From Haliotis rufescens (taxonomy: Eukaryota), in NCBI RefSeq assembly GCF_023055435.1, contig NW_025964002.1:3782001-3846000 (forward strand): a stretch of 64,000 nucleotides of DNA, read 5' to 3'. Numbering within the stretch: position 1 is the first letter of the stretch; each line of letters opens with the position of its first letter. Below the pieces are notes generated by a model. That model saw only the letters and a program-made list of their open reading frames with translations. It ran no database searches and was not told the origin of the DNA. Both the position numbers and the translations under genes were made by a program. This document shows positions 50,290 through 62,070 of the stretch, piece after piece.

Positions 50290-50478
50290 GCCCACTGAGA
50301 TACCATCCCGCAGTTTAACATGAATACCCCACTCAGACACAGTGTACTGACTCAGAGCCCACCAGTCCTTGTTTAGCCCCTTAATGCCGAGCGCCAGGCA
50401 GGGCAACAAAAAGTTCCATCTTTTAACGTATTTTGGTATGACGCGGTCAGGGGATCGAACCACCGGCCTTCCGCTAAT
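50290..50478 (-). mobile_element. SINE family C, partial
   Basis: Matches ~13405-13590. Confidence 0.8.
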
Positions 50479-50780
50479 CGGGTGATTATATATACCAAGT
50501 AGTGTACTTCCAATACATTCTCTTTACAGTCTCAAACCAATACACGAACTTCAATGTAGTATGATGTGTTCAGAATTTGCACAAACACAAACAAACTCCG
50601 ACAATAGCATTGTCCCGAGACAGAAGATGACGTTATTCATTGATGACGTCACTGCATAAGTGGCCTCAATTATCAGTGTTGATATCAGTTTCCAGACAGT
50701 CGTTTATGTCGCATGGCGCCTCTCACTAGTTGACTACGGTGTGACTTCTAGTAATATATGTATGATAGCAATATAGTTAC

Positions 50781-50931
50781 GTGTGGCGTCCTGCTGTTGC
50801 TGGGTGTGGTGGGTGTGGTTGGTGACACACGACCCACAAAAGCTGTGGCCGCAGTGGAGTGTCACGGGGACTGTGATTACATCGTCACAACTTATACAGG
50901 TGAGAACTGTCTGGGAATCATCAGTAGCCAT
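50781..50931 (-). CDS. TRIM-NHL gene exon 1 (C3HC4 RING N-part)
   Basis: MATDDSQTVLTCISCDD...LHCGHSFCGSC; C|gtaact phase-1 donor. The joined model is 628 aa. Confidence 0.8.
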
Positions 50932-53369
50932 GGTAACACAGGTGGAACGAAACTGAAAACGGCATGAGTTACAATTTACTACACAGTAGGCATGAAAACT
51001 CTCATTGTTTTGCCAGGCTATTTTTTTATCTCCTTATATACCCTTGCTGAATACTCCAATGTACACGTGGCTTATATAACTGAATCCAAAACAGAAATAT
51101 ATTCATGTATTTGCAGTGATATTTCTATCACACGTACAGAGATATGGGCACGCTGTAAAAGTGCATCTTTTAGGCCTGACAGAAACGTATGATCGTGGAT
51201 GAGAATCTCAGACTCTCCATTGTTATGAATCTTGGAGTGGCAGCAATATAACTGTGGTCGTTGGTTTCAGCAGAGTGGGAAACATCTTAAGATAACTTCA
51301 CTTCTGGGCCGTGATATAAATGAAATACTGTTTAAGAACACGTACAATGACAGAAATTTAACGGTTATAATATACCCAGTAAGGATATCGGCAAGTGTGT
51401 AAGCCTGGCGTTTATGACGATGAGACGTACTTCCATATAGCCTTTATATAGATGTTTGCAGCTACCTTCCGCGACTTACAAATCATCCCTACAAAACACC
51501 CTCTCGTACTTGTCGCACACTATGCTTTGTTAGGTGCGACATATGCTTTACAAACCTCGGTTACCTGTCCCATTCACATACAAACATACATACCTCACAT
51601 AAATATGTTAATAGATAAATGTATTCACTACAGGCAATAGTTAACAATTCGCAATATACGTGTCTTCAATGATAGACATATGTTGGTGAAAGCAGTCTAT
51701 GGCGGCTCATTCATTGCAGAGGGTTACTGATTTATCCCAAGCCTTGATTCGTGTTTTGAAAACCCAAGTCAACCCTACAAATGGATAACCCTGGAATGTG
51801 TCACTCGCTTGATCAGCCATGATCTCAATTCAAGACACATTATTCTTTTCATATAAAAAATAAATGCCAGTGTTATCACATTCTAATAATGACTTTACAC
51901 ACATCAACATATGTTGACTTACCTAAGTGATAGAATTAGGGATTAGGCGGGATTACCGGATTCATGGTTCTAACGATCCTGAAAATTCAGAAATGTGGGG
52001 AAATCAAATTCCATTTTATTGTTTGTTTTTATAAATGCCAAGGCTGATAATTACACTGTTTTTGTTCATGGCCCAGACAAGTAGTACACACTTAATGCAC
52101 TGTTCCCTCTAATACTTGACGTGGGTTCATCGGTACTTCAATCTGTCTATGACTTTGTTCTCACAAAAACGTGGAAATGGAAGGTGGAAAATTCAAAATA
52201 AAAACTTATCCTACCGACCTATATTTTCGCAAAAGGAATAAAAATAAACTCACTGAAGGTCTAATTATATTCTTATTTCAGTCTCGACCATCGGCCAAAT
52301 GTTTCTCATACCACAATCCGTCAGACAACCAATAAAGGCCTTGATTTATTACAAATATAAACTGTGCAGTATTCACGTTATATATACCTGCTTTAAGATT
52401 TAACGGCACACGTTTTCAAACACAAATTTACGTATGGTAAATAGGTAAGTTTATACATTAAACATCCACGATTAATGTTTAACCTGCGAGCAAATATCCG
52501 CATTGCTTCACTGCTACGGGTGGAGCAGGACATGCTTACCCTTTTCGCGAACACCTGGTGTCATCACTGATTCAGTGATCAGTTCACGTCATTTTCACCA
52601 CTATTTGCCTTCTGTGCCCAATGGAATCTGTGTCCGCGCATATTGGAGACTTATCCTTCACTACCGTTGACGTCTTGTATCAAATCTTTTCCTGATCATC
52701 AGTAAATTATTTTACAGCATCGGTTGGGATCAAATAACCATTGTCTACCTTTCTTAATCCCTCTTACCTTGATTGGATCGGCGACCTGTGTTATGTTCCG
52801 CCATGGAGTGCGTTTACCTGGTTGCCATGGGTAACGGCTGGAAGAGGGTTGCCCAGTGCGTCCATAACACCTTGAAGAACGCCAGGCCGAAATAGGTGTT
52901 ATAACATAGATACAATGAGCAACGTCAGTGATAGATAGGGACTAGGGTAATATTCTAACTTCTATATGAATTCAGATATAGTGCAGCAAGGTTCTTTAAA
53001 CGCTTTAAACGTTAACCGCTGTCTGTGTACAATGGGTGTCGGGTCATGTTGACATACATACACTGTACACCTGGGTCCCGTTTACACGAAGCGATCTCCT
53101 CGTTACGACTGTCGTTAAGTATGGGACTTGCGACCACATTGGCTCTAGTGTCGCTTTGTGAACGAGGCCTTTGGTGTCGTTGTACAAATCAATCTTAGCG
53201 CTACGACTATCGTAAGTCTATGTTGAAGAATGGGAGTTGCGACCACCTTAGCGTTAAGGTTGCTTTGTACAACAGCAACCAGACCCTCGCTCTACGAAAC
53301 GATTTTAGAGCTAGTCGATTGTAACTCCCTTACACGCGACCAGCTGGTGAAACATACAGTGATCTGGTA

Positions 53370-55354
53370 TATCATCCCGCACCACTCTCCATTCATCAAC
53401 TTATCACCCCGCCCCCACTCTCAACTTATCACCCTGCACCCACTCTCCACTTATCACCCCGCCCCCACTCTCCACTTATCAGCCCGCACCACTCTCCACT
53501 TATCACCCCGCACCACTCTCCACTTATCACCCCGCACCACTCTCCACTTATCCACTAATAACCCCGCACCACTCTCCACTTATCACCCCGCACCACTCTC
53601 CACTTATCACCCCGCCCCCACTCTCCACTTATCACCCCGCCCCCACTCTCCACTTATCACCCCGCACCACTCTCCACTTATCCACTTATCACCCTGCCCC
53701 CACTCTCCACTTATCACCCCGCACCACTCTCCACTTATCCACTAATAACCCCGCACCACTCTCCACTTATCACCCCGCACCACTCTCCACTTATCACCCC
53801 GCCCCCACTCTCCACTTATCACCCCGCCCCCACTCTTCACTTATCACCCCGCACCACTCTTCACTTATCCACTTATCACCCCGCCCCCACTCTCCACTTA
53901 TCATCCCGCCCCAACTCTCCACTTATCACCCGGCACCACTCTTCACTTATCCACCTATCACCCCGCACCACTCTCCACTTATCCACTTATAACCCCGCAC
54001 CACTCTCCACTTATCACCCTGCCCCCACTCTCCACTTATCACCCCGCCCCCACTCTCCACTTATCACCCCGCACCACTCTTCACTTATCCACTTATCACC
54101 CCGCCCCCACTCTCCACTAACCACCCCGCCCCAACTCTCCACTTATCACCCCGCACCACTCTTCACTTATCCACTTATCACCCCGCACCACTCTCCACTT
54201 ATCCACTTTTAACCCCGCACCACTCTCCACTTATCACCCCGCCCCCACTCTCCACTTATCACCCCGCCCCCACTCTCCACTTATCGCCCCGCCCCCACTC
54301 TCCACTTATCACCCCGCACCACTCTTCACTTATCCACTTATCACCCCGCCCCCACTCTCCACTTATCACCCCGCCCCCACTCTCCACTTATCACCCCGCA
54401 CCACTCTTCACTTATCCACTTATCACCCCGCACCACTCGTCACTTATCCACTTATAACCCCGCACCACTCTCCACTTATCACCCCGCACCACTCTCCACT
54501 TATCACCCCGCACCACTCTCCACTTATCACCCCGCACCACTCTCCACCCCGACCCACTCTCCACTTATCACCCCGCACCACTCTCCACTTATCACCCCGC
54601 ACCACTCTCCACTTATCACCCCGCCCCCACTCTCCACTTATCACCCCGCACCACTCTCCACTTATCACCCCGCACCACTCTCCACTTATCACCCCGCACC
54701 ACTCTCCACTTATCACCCCGCACCACTCTCCACTTATCACCCCGCACCACTCTCCACCCCGACCCACTCTCCACTTATCACCCCGCCCCCACTCTCCACT
54801 TATCACCCCGCACCACTCTCCACTTATCACCCCGCACCACTCTCCACCCCGACCCACTCTCCACTTATCACCCCGCACCACTCTCCACTTATCACCCCGC
54901 CCCCACTCTCCACTTATCACCCCGACCCACTCTCCACTTATCACCCCGCACCACTCTCCACTTATCACCCCGCACCACTCTCCACTTATCACCCCGCACC
55001 ACTCTCCACTTATCACCCCGCACCACTCTCCACTTATCACCCCGCACCACTCTCCACCCCGACCCACTCTCCACTTATCACCCCGCACCACTCTCCACTT
55101 ATCACCCCGCACCACTCTCCACTTATCACCCCGCACCACTCTCCACCCCGACCCACTCTCCACTTATCACCCCGCACCACTCTCCACTTATCACCCCGCA
55201 CCACTCTCCACTTATCACCCCGCACCACTCTCCACCCCGACCCACTCTCCACTTATCACCCCGCACCACTCTCCACTTATCACCCCGCACCACTCTCCAC
55301 TTATCACCCCGCCCCCACTCTCCACTTATCACCCCGCACCACTCTCCACTTATC
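53370..55354. repeat. 24-bp C-rich minisatellite, ~80 units with variants
   Basis: Unit TTATCACCCCGCACCACTCTCCAC (CTTATC at 54661 and 54685). Confidence 0.97.
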
Positions 55355-56316
55355 CTTTTCTCGCTCCGCACCTCCGCCTTCAAGTCAGCCCAGTGTGCGT
55401 GAGGTGCATCCCCTGAAGTCCCCTGTCAGCTGCCAGAATAGACAAAACAGTAAATGACTATGACTAAAACTGTCCTCAGAGTTTTTCGTTGATACGAGTG
55501 CGCGCAGTCATAATGTATGCCATTTTTGTCAATGTTTGTCAAAATCCTGTCTTCTGTACACAATCACTCTGGCTGCATACGTTACAAAAACATTTCTTGC
55601 AATTAAAATGATCAAATGTTTTTCGCTCTCTCAATATACAACTATTTAATACAGCTAGATTGCATCCGTATTTCGTATTCACGTAAATGTTTAATTTCGA
55701 TTTGGGTATACCAAAACCCTACCCAGATACGTTGTTTACCAACCCTATATAATCTGTCGTTACGTTCACAAAGTTCCGTCTCTCTGTGTGACACAATAGA
55801 TCTGAAGCAGTGCATAATGATGGGTTGTTGGATTTAACACCATCCGCCATCACTGGATGACCACGTTTGTTAGCGCCGGGTAAACAGTATAGCAATGGAG
55901 GTCGCCACTTGTGAAGAGCAGCCCGCGAAACACGTCGTGTTTCCAGCGTCTGCCCTTCCTTGTACATCTTCCCATCCCAATATTGGTGACAGGGCTGTGG
56001 TTGTGAAACATGGGCCCCAAATGGGTATTACGGATACTCCTTATTCATTGAACCAGGAGACGCAATGAGACTCATTTAAAGTGTAGCTTGCTGTAAAACG
56101 TTGCTCTATCGTTTGTGTCTGCAGTTAGACTGGGTGATGAAGACACAATTCTCTCTCAGTTAACACTGAATAGGAACCCTGTTTGAGTTGTATTAACTCT
56201 TTTGACTACAAATGCAAGATACGGTGAAAGATGAGCTGGAGATTTGACAGATTGTAGTCCTGGCGTCGGATTTGAAGGGTCAACTCTCTTCACATACCCG
56301 GACAAGCCCGTATTTA

Positions 56317-58176
56317 ATGACAATGGCGTCATCGTACTATTGGCCCCCGTTCATCAAGGCAAATGGCAGCCAAGTGTTGTTATTATACATTGTAACAGTC
56401 TATGCTATAGCTGGTATCAAAACCGAAAATTCTTCAACAAGTTCCATCAGACTGATTCCACCAAATTGGAGCTCCGTGTGTTCTCTGATACTCAACAACA
56501 CCACCGTGGTTGACTGTGACATAGGACACGATGTGGCCATCAAATGGAAGTTTGACGATCTGAGAAATTGGACACTTAGCAACAGTGTGAATGTGACTTA
56601 CCATCTAAATATCCGCTGTGTAGATGGTGTTAATATATCGCTTCCCTGGCCGTTCAAATCACCAGGTCTGATTGGATTAAAAGTCTCAAATTGCGGCATT
56701 GAAAATTATTACAAAAACTATCTGCGTAATTTTGAAGATTATCCGGACGAACTTGAGATGTTTGTAATCGAGCAATGCGTATTTATTGAAAACCCGTTGG
56801 ATATTCTTAAGGTTTTCAATGGACCTGCAACGAAATCCTTTGTATGTGGACAGAGCGACAGCATAAAGAGGTACGTTTATAGAAACAACACAATAGTACT
56901 AAGAGGAAACCTTTCAGACATTAACGAGTACAATATAACCGAAGTGAATGATAACCTAAATACGGTGGGGATTCAGTGTAAGTTCTGGCACCTTCATGAC
57001 ATAGAGAACACGCAAAATGGATACTTATCAGAAAGTCACTTTCAAGTGTTCACTAAGGACAGCAACTACCCGTCTCTTACACACTGCAATTACTCGCATA
57101 ACTTGATCAACAAACTGCCTTTGGTCTTTCAAAACTTCAGGACTTCGTTTCCGAAGCTGGAGGTTTTAGACCTATCTCATAATGTTATAACGCTTTGGGA
57201 TTTTTCGTATCATGTCACTACATTAGTTGAGTCTACATACGTAGACCTTCGCTACAACAACATCACACATATAACGCTGGATGATATGGAGACACTTTCA
57301 GGTCTGGAGCCAGCCTTTGTTGATATCCGGGACAATCCGATATCTTGTGATTGCGCCATGAAGAAGTTTATGACTGAACTGAAATTTGGTTCTGTGTTTA
57401 AACCAAATATGGTGAAATATAAATATATTGAAAATATGACGTGTGTCACCCCTGAATCATTTAAAGGGATTCGTCTGAAAGAGTTCAACTTGGATGAACT
57501 TCCTTGTGAGGTGGACGATTCCCATTGGGCGTATCCCACTGTGATTTGTGCTGCTGTCACCTTGATCATCCTGTCCGTGATTCTCTTCTGCATATTATTC
57601 CCCAATCGGGAGTTGATTCAGATTCTGTGTTTGACAAGATGTAACATCCTTCTTCCAATGGCTACCCGGGACACCACCGTCAAGAACTATGACGTATTCA
57701 TCGCCGCCTCTGAAGAAGACGAGGACTGGGTTGTGGACAATCTTCTATACAAGTTAGAAGACATCGATGTCTTTGACGTTACTGAGCATGCTTCGCAAAC
57801 CCGGAAGTTAAATGTGTGTGTTCCAGGGCGTGACTTCCGGCCGGGGGCCTTCACCATCGACGAAATTATTGACAAAACAGAAAAGAGCAGAAGAACTCTG
57901 GTGGTTCTGTCCAAATCTTTTGTGGAGTCTCGAATGTGCGGGGAGATGTTACGACAAGCCTATTTTCAGAGTATTGTTGAAAGGAGATGTCATTTGGTGT
58001 TTGTGAAACTTGAACAAATTGATTTAAATGGTATCGACTCTACCCTGAAGAGGAGTTTAAAACTGTTCACTGTACTGAATGTCGCGGACAGATACTTTTG
58101 GGATATGATCCAGTTTCTTCTAAAGACCACGTCAAAGAAAAGCCGTGCCAAGAATTCAACAACTCCGGATGCTTAA
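56317..58176 (+). CDS. Toll-like receptor, single coding exon, few LRRs
   Basis: Hydrophobic N-terminal segment VLLLYIVTVYAIA; LRRs LTHCNYSHNLI, LEVLDLSHNVI, VDLRYNNI; LRR-CT DNPISCDC...CVTP...C; TM VICAAVTLIILSVILFCILF; TIR YDVFIA, RDFRPG, SRRTLVVLSKSF, FW. Start is the ATG at 56317 or 56323. Confidence 0.9.
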   Translation: MTMASSYYWPPFIKANGSQVLLLYIVTVYAIAGIKTENSSTSSIRLIPPNWSSVCSLILNNTTVVDCDIGHDVAIKWKFDDLRNWTLSNSVNVTYHLNIRCVDGVNISLPWPFKSPGLIGLKVSNCGIENYYKNYLRNFEDYPDELEMFVIEQCVFIENPLDILKVFNGPATKSFVCGQSDSIKRYVYRNNTIVLRGNLSDINEYNITEVNDNLNTVGIQCKFWHLHDIENTQNGYLSESHFQVFTKDSNYPSLTHCNYSHNLINKLPLVFQNFRTSFPKLEVLDLSHNVITLWDFSYHVTTLVESTYVDLRYNNITHITLDDMETLSGLEPAFVDIRDNPISCDCAMKKFMTELKFGSVFKPNMVKYKYIENMTCVTPESFKGIRLKEFNLDELPCEVDDSHWAYPTVICAAVTLIILSVILFCILFPNRELIQILCLTRCNILLPMATRDTTVKNYDVFIAASEEDEDWVVDNLLYKLEDIDVFDVTEHASQTRKLNVCVPGRDFRPGAFTIDEIIDKTEKSRRTLVVLSKSFVESRMCGEMLRQAYFQSIVERRCHLVFVKLEQIDLNGIDSTLKRSLKLFTVLNVADRYFWDMIQFLLKTTSKKSRAKNSTTPDA

Positions 58177-59497
58177 AAGAACACCACCTTCGCATTAAGC
58201 TACTGACAATGGTGCCATTGGGGTGTAGAAAATAGTATCCTAGAAATAGCGTGAATCTGTTGGGTACAACCTTCAACACTATTTAGGATATAACTCGTCA
58301 TTTCTTCTTAATGTATGAAAAACGCCCAAAGGACTTTTGACTTTATAACGACCACATTCACAGATTGCAATTATCTCCATATATGTTCGCAGTGCATTTC
58401 AAGTGCCAGGCTTTTAGGATCGACGTATTTCAGAGAATTTTAGCAGAATAAGAAATCACACGTAGGATTGGTAAGTTTTGTAAGTGTTGAACTCGATTTA
58501 GAAATAATATATTGACAGCGACCTGATATGGAGTGGAAGTATACGGGTTACCTATTCATAGTGGGGTTTGGTACATGCCTGGTTGGACGTGGTTGATTGA
58601 ACGTTGTAACAGTGTACAGATAGACAGAGTCACCTTCGATATGTTCACTGTATATGCGAAGATGAACTGAATTCATTTTTGCAATTGTGATGCGCCTGTC
58701 AATAAAGTATGATTACTGCACAATTTGTGATATTTTTATATTATATTCTGTAAGTTTCCTATTAGTATTCTATGTTTAGTTATATTCAGTACAGGAAGAT
58801 CATCGTGGCGTTAATTTGTCCATGTTAGGCTGGGACTGTAGTTGTGGTTTTGATACCTTTGATAGTTAACAACTGCAGCTTTCTGTTGCGTAATTGAGTA
58901 GGGCTTTACCCCGCTTTTCTCAGTGTCCCAGACAGTCTCTCTATTGTGTAGTTATAAAAATTAATTAATGATATTGTTTGGGATGTATTTTAGAAACAAA
59001 CTGTTTTCTGTACACACCTGTCTAGTTAGTAGATTGATCTTTTAAATGTTTTTTGTATGTTACAGTATAAACTTCAGTTCCGTCTCTTTACAATGGTAAA
59101 TATAAATTGTCAGTGCATGAGAATAACCAGTCTAGATTATCCACCGATAGATTCCACTTGGCGTAAAAGGTAAAATAGCTGTGAAAATTATATGAATGGA
59201 CCACTGAAATCAGTGATGACGCCAGGTGTTCGCGAAGATGGAGCACCCGCCATTCATACAACTTACATAAAAAAGTAAATGTTTTTTGCCTGACGCAGCA
59301 CAGCACTACTCCTGCCATGCGACCTCACTCTGTATACACACCAGACAATCAAGTGATCGATGAACCAGAACATCCAGTGACATGATAGTGTATTTACTGA
59401 TTTTGTTGAGACAAATGATAATATGTTCATTTTGAATTACAACTGTTGTGTACAAGTGCAGAGACTCTGTCGCTTATAAGTAACGAAAAAACGTTCA

Positions 59498-59765
59498 AGT
59501 GAGTGAGTTGGGTTTAACACCGCTTTTAACGCTTATATCACGGCGTGTCAGCTTAGTGTGGGAGGAAAGCCCGAAGTGATGCAGGTCTCAGACGTTTACC
59601 ACTTTGGTGAAACCCACGAGCACGGGTATGGTCTTGACAAACCTAGAAACATAATCGGGGCGAACCGGGATTCGAACCCACAATCATGGGTTTCTGGCGT
59701 ACCCAAGGGACGCAACTCTGCACAGCGAATCGCGACGCCTCAGACGACTGGGCCACCCGTGCCCC
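59498..59765 (-). mobile_element. tRNA-derived SINE family D
   Basis: Minus strand GGGGCACGGGTGGCCCAGTCG...GGGTTCGAATCCC...GCGGTGTTAAACCCAACTCACTCAC; related fragments at 23150 and ~32130. Confidence 0.75.
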
Positions 59766-59821
59766 CTAAAAACGTTCAAGGAATATATTCGTTTTGCAAC
59801 ACAGTAACTTCCGTGTCGCAT

Positions 59822-60240
59822 CTAATCTCATTAAAAATCAGATCTTAGACTACCGCTAAACAAAGATATGAGGACAGAACGACCATTCGCAAACTTTGAC
59901 CGACCAATGAAATGACTGACAAGAAATCGACATTAGCCAATCAGAAGGCAGCTTTCTCGAGCTTTATGACACTAGTTTCAAACTGGCGACTACACTTCAA
60001 AACATATTTTGACGTATTCTCGATTAAAAATCCTGGAATGGCTACAGATGGCCTAGATTGTATGGGTATAGCTATAAAACCTGTAACAGTCGTTCGGAAT
60101 ACCCTCTATTAAATATTTCGAGGATGCATGATTAGAAAACACATTCCGACTGCAACTTTCGGGATATGGTAAGCGACGCTCTGATTGGTCGGATGAATTT
60201 AGCGGTAGCGAGAACTGAGATCTGATTTTAATGAGATTGG
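59822..60240. mobile_element. MITE with long imperfect TIRs
   Basis: AATCTCATTAAAAATCAGATCT..CTACCGCTAAA vs TTTAGCGGTAG..AGATCTGATTTTAATGAGATT; flanking direct repeat GTCGCATC (8-10 bp TSD). Confidence 0.7.
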
Positions 60241-60911
60241 AGTCGCATCTTCCATACTTGCAGGTCAAACACGTTTGTTTTCCCGATCATTAAATCTGTG
60301 TTCACCAGTTACCTCAGTCTTAACGTCACATCATGAACAGATTGTCAACCAATGGAATGAAAAGATGCTACACTTCCATCAACTGCAGACGGATTCGGTC
60401 AGTTCATACCGAGTTGCCTCCCTTACATCAGCAGTTCTCGGCGCGTGGCTGAAGATTTCACGAAGCGCACGTACAATACAGCTACAATCATAGTTTTCGT
60501 TTTTCCGCAACTTGAGACATTATGCGCGCTTTGTAAATGAAAACAATGTATATAGTTTACTCATGTTACATTTTAAACAATAAGTGATCAGGTATATTGT
60601 CTTTGAGTGGTATGTTGTGATCTATATCGTCAGGCCATCAACAAGGCCTTCTGTTGGGATTGCTAAGGGTCGACTAGAGTATAATCGGTTGACCTGGTTG
60701 TAGCTCATCAATTTGCTGGTGCTATCAACGACCGGATAGATTTTTCACAGGCTGCTCTGCTATAACAAAAGCAGTGCTGTCAGAAGCGTTAAAGAGCATT
60801 CGCGCACAAACTCACTTTGCTCATTAGACGTGCATACCACATGCCGCTACTGAGAACATCGATGTTGCGGTGGGTACGATGACACACTAGATCAGCCAGG
60901 CCGCAACTAAG

Positions 60912-61101
60912 ATTTGTTTGTATCTAACGCCGCTTTTGGCAATATTAAAGCTATATGACGGAAGTTTGTAAATAATCAAATCTGGACCAGACACTCCAGT
61001 GATTGACATCATGATCATCGATCCGAGCAATTGGCTTACGTTGACATGCATCAAACAAGTCAGGGAGCCTGGCCACCCGATCCCGTTAGTCGCTTCTTAC
61101 A
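60912..61101 (-). mobile_element. Short retroelement family A, 5'-truncated
   Basis: Colinear with family A. Confidence 0.75.
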
Positions 61102-61414
61102 CCACTAAGAACGGATTTAGTCAGTCACGTGACCGAGTGAATCACTTTACTGTCACACGTACAGTGTGTTAAGTCTTGACCCAGGCTCTCCTGGAATATG
61201 TTTTCTTGTACCACGTGATGTTCAACCAGAACAAACTGAGAAAGAGGCTTTTATCCGAAAGACAACATATGAATAAAATGTAGGAACTTGTTATTTACAC
61301 TAAGCTTATTATTTAATCATTGTTCATGTGACATTTACAAGAAATACTTTTCCACTGGACGCGTGTCCGGTCGCATGACCGGGAAAATGAAGTTCATTTA
61401 TGACGCGTTTGATT

Positions 61415-61625
61415 TTGGTTTGTCAGCAATATTCCAGCTATATGACGCCGGTCTGTAAATAATCGAGTCTGGACCAGACAATCCAGTGATTGACACCGTG
61501 AACAACACAATGGGGAAACGATGCATCAACCAAGTCAGCTAGTCTGACCATCCGATCCCGTTAGTCGCCTCTTACGGCAAGCATGGGTTACTGAAGACCT
61601 ATTCTACCCCGGATCTTAACGGGTC
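61415..61625 (-). mobile_element. Short retroelement family A
   Basis: Colinear with family A; ends CCCGGATCTTAACGGGTC. Confidence 0.8.
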
Positions 61626-62070
61626 CCTTCTTATATGAAGCGTAGGAACGACACATTTTGACGTCAATACTTTTTTTCACGTATTCTTGAATCTTGAAAA
61701 GACGTAAATACCGATGGACATCTTCTACATCTTTGGGGAACCCCCTGGGAATTCCCTAGCACGAAGAAATACAGCCTTGCTTCTGATCATATAGACACTT
61801 GAACTTAGCCTTGTTGCATACACTGGAAATAGTCAGGGTGTTTGACTGCATGTTCATGATTGAATATCCTCCCTACAACATATCCCAGTGAACAAGACGA
61901 AGACATGAACACCTAAACTATCGACTCGGCCCGCGCCTAGACCGACAGGGAGTCATCAGCATTCTACATCAATCTATGAACTTACATCAGCATCTATGTG
62001 CCATCTTTATACTCACCTGAATGATTGAAGTTGTTGAATGAAGACTAACACCTGACCGCCACATGCCTTC

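Noticed and set aside
53230-55383. ORFs with WRVVRGDK / GEWCGVIS repeats
   Set aside because: Translations of the 24-bp minisatellite.
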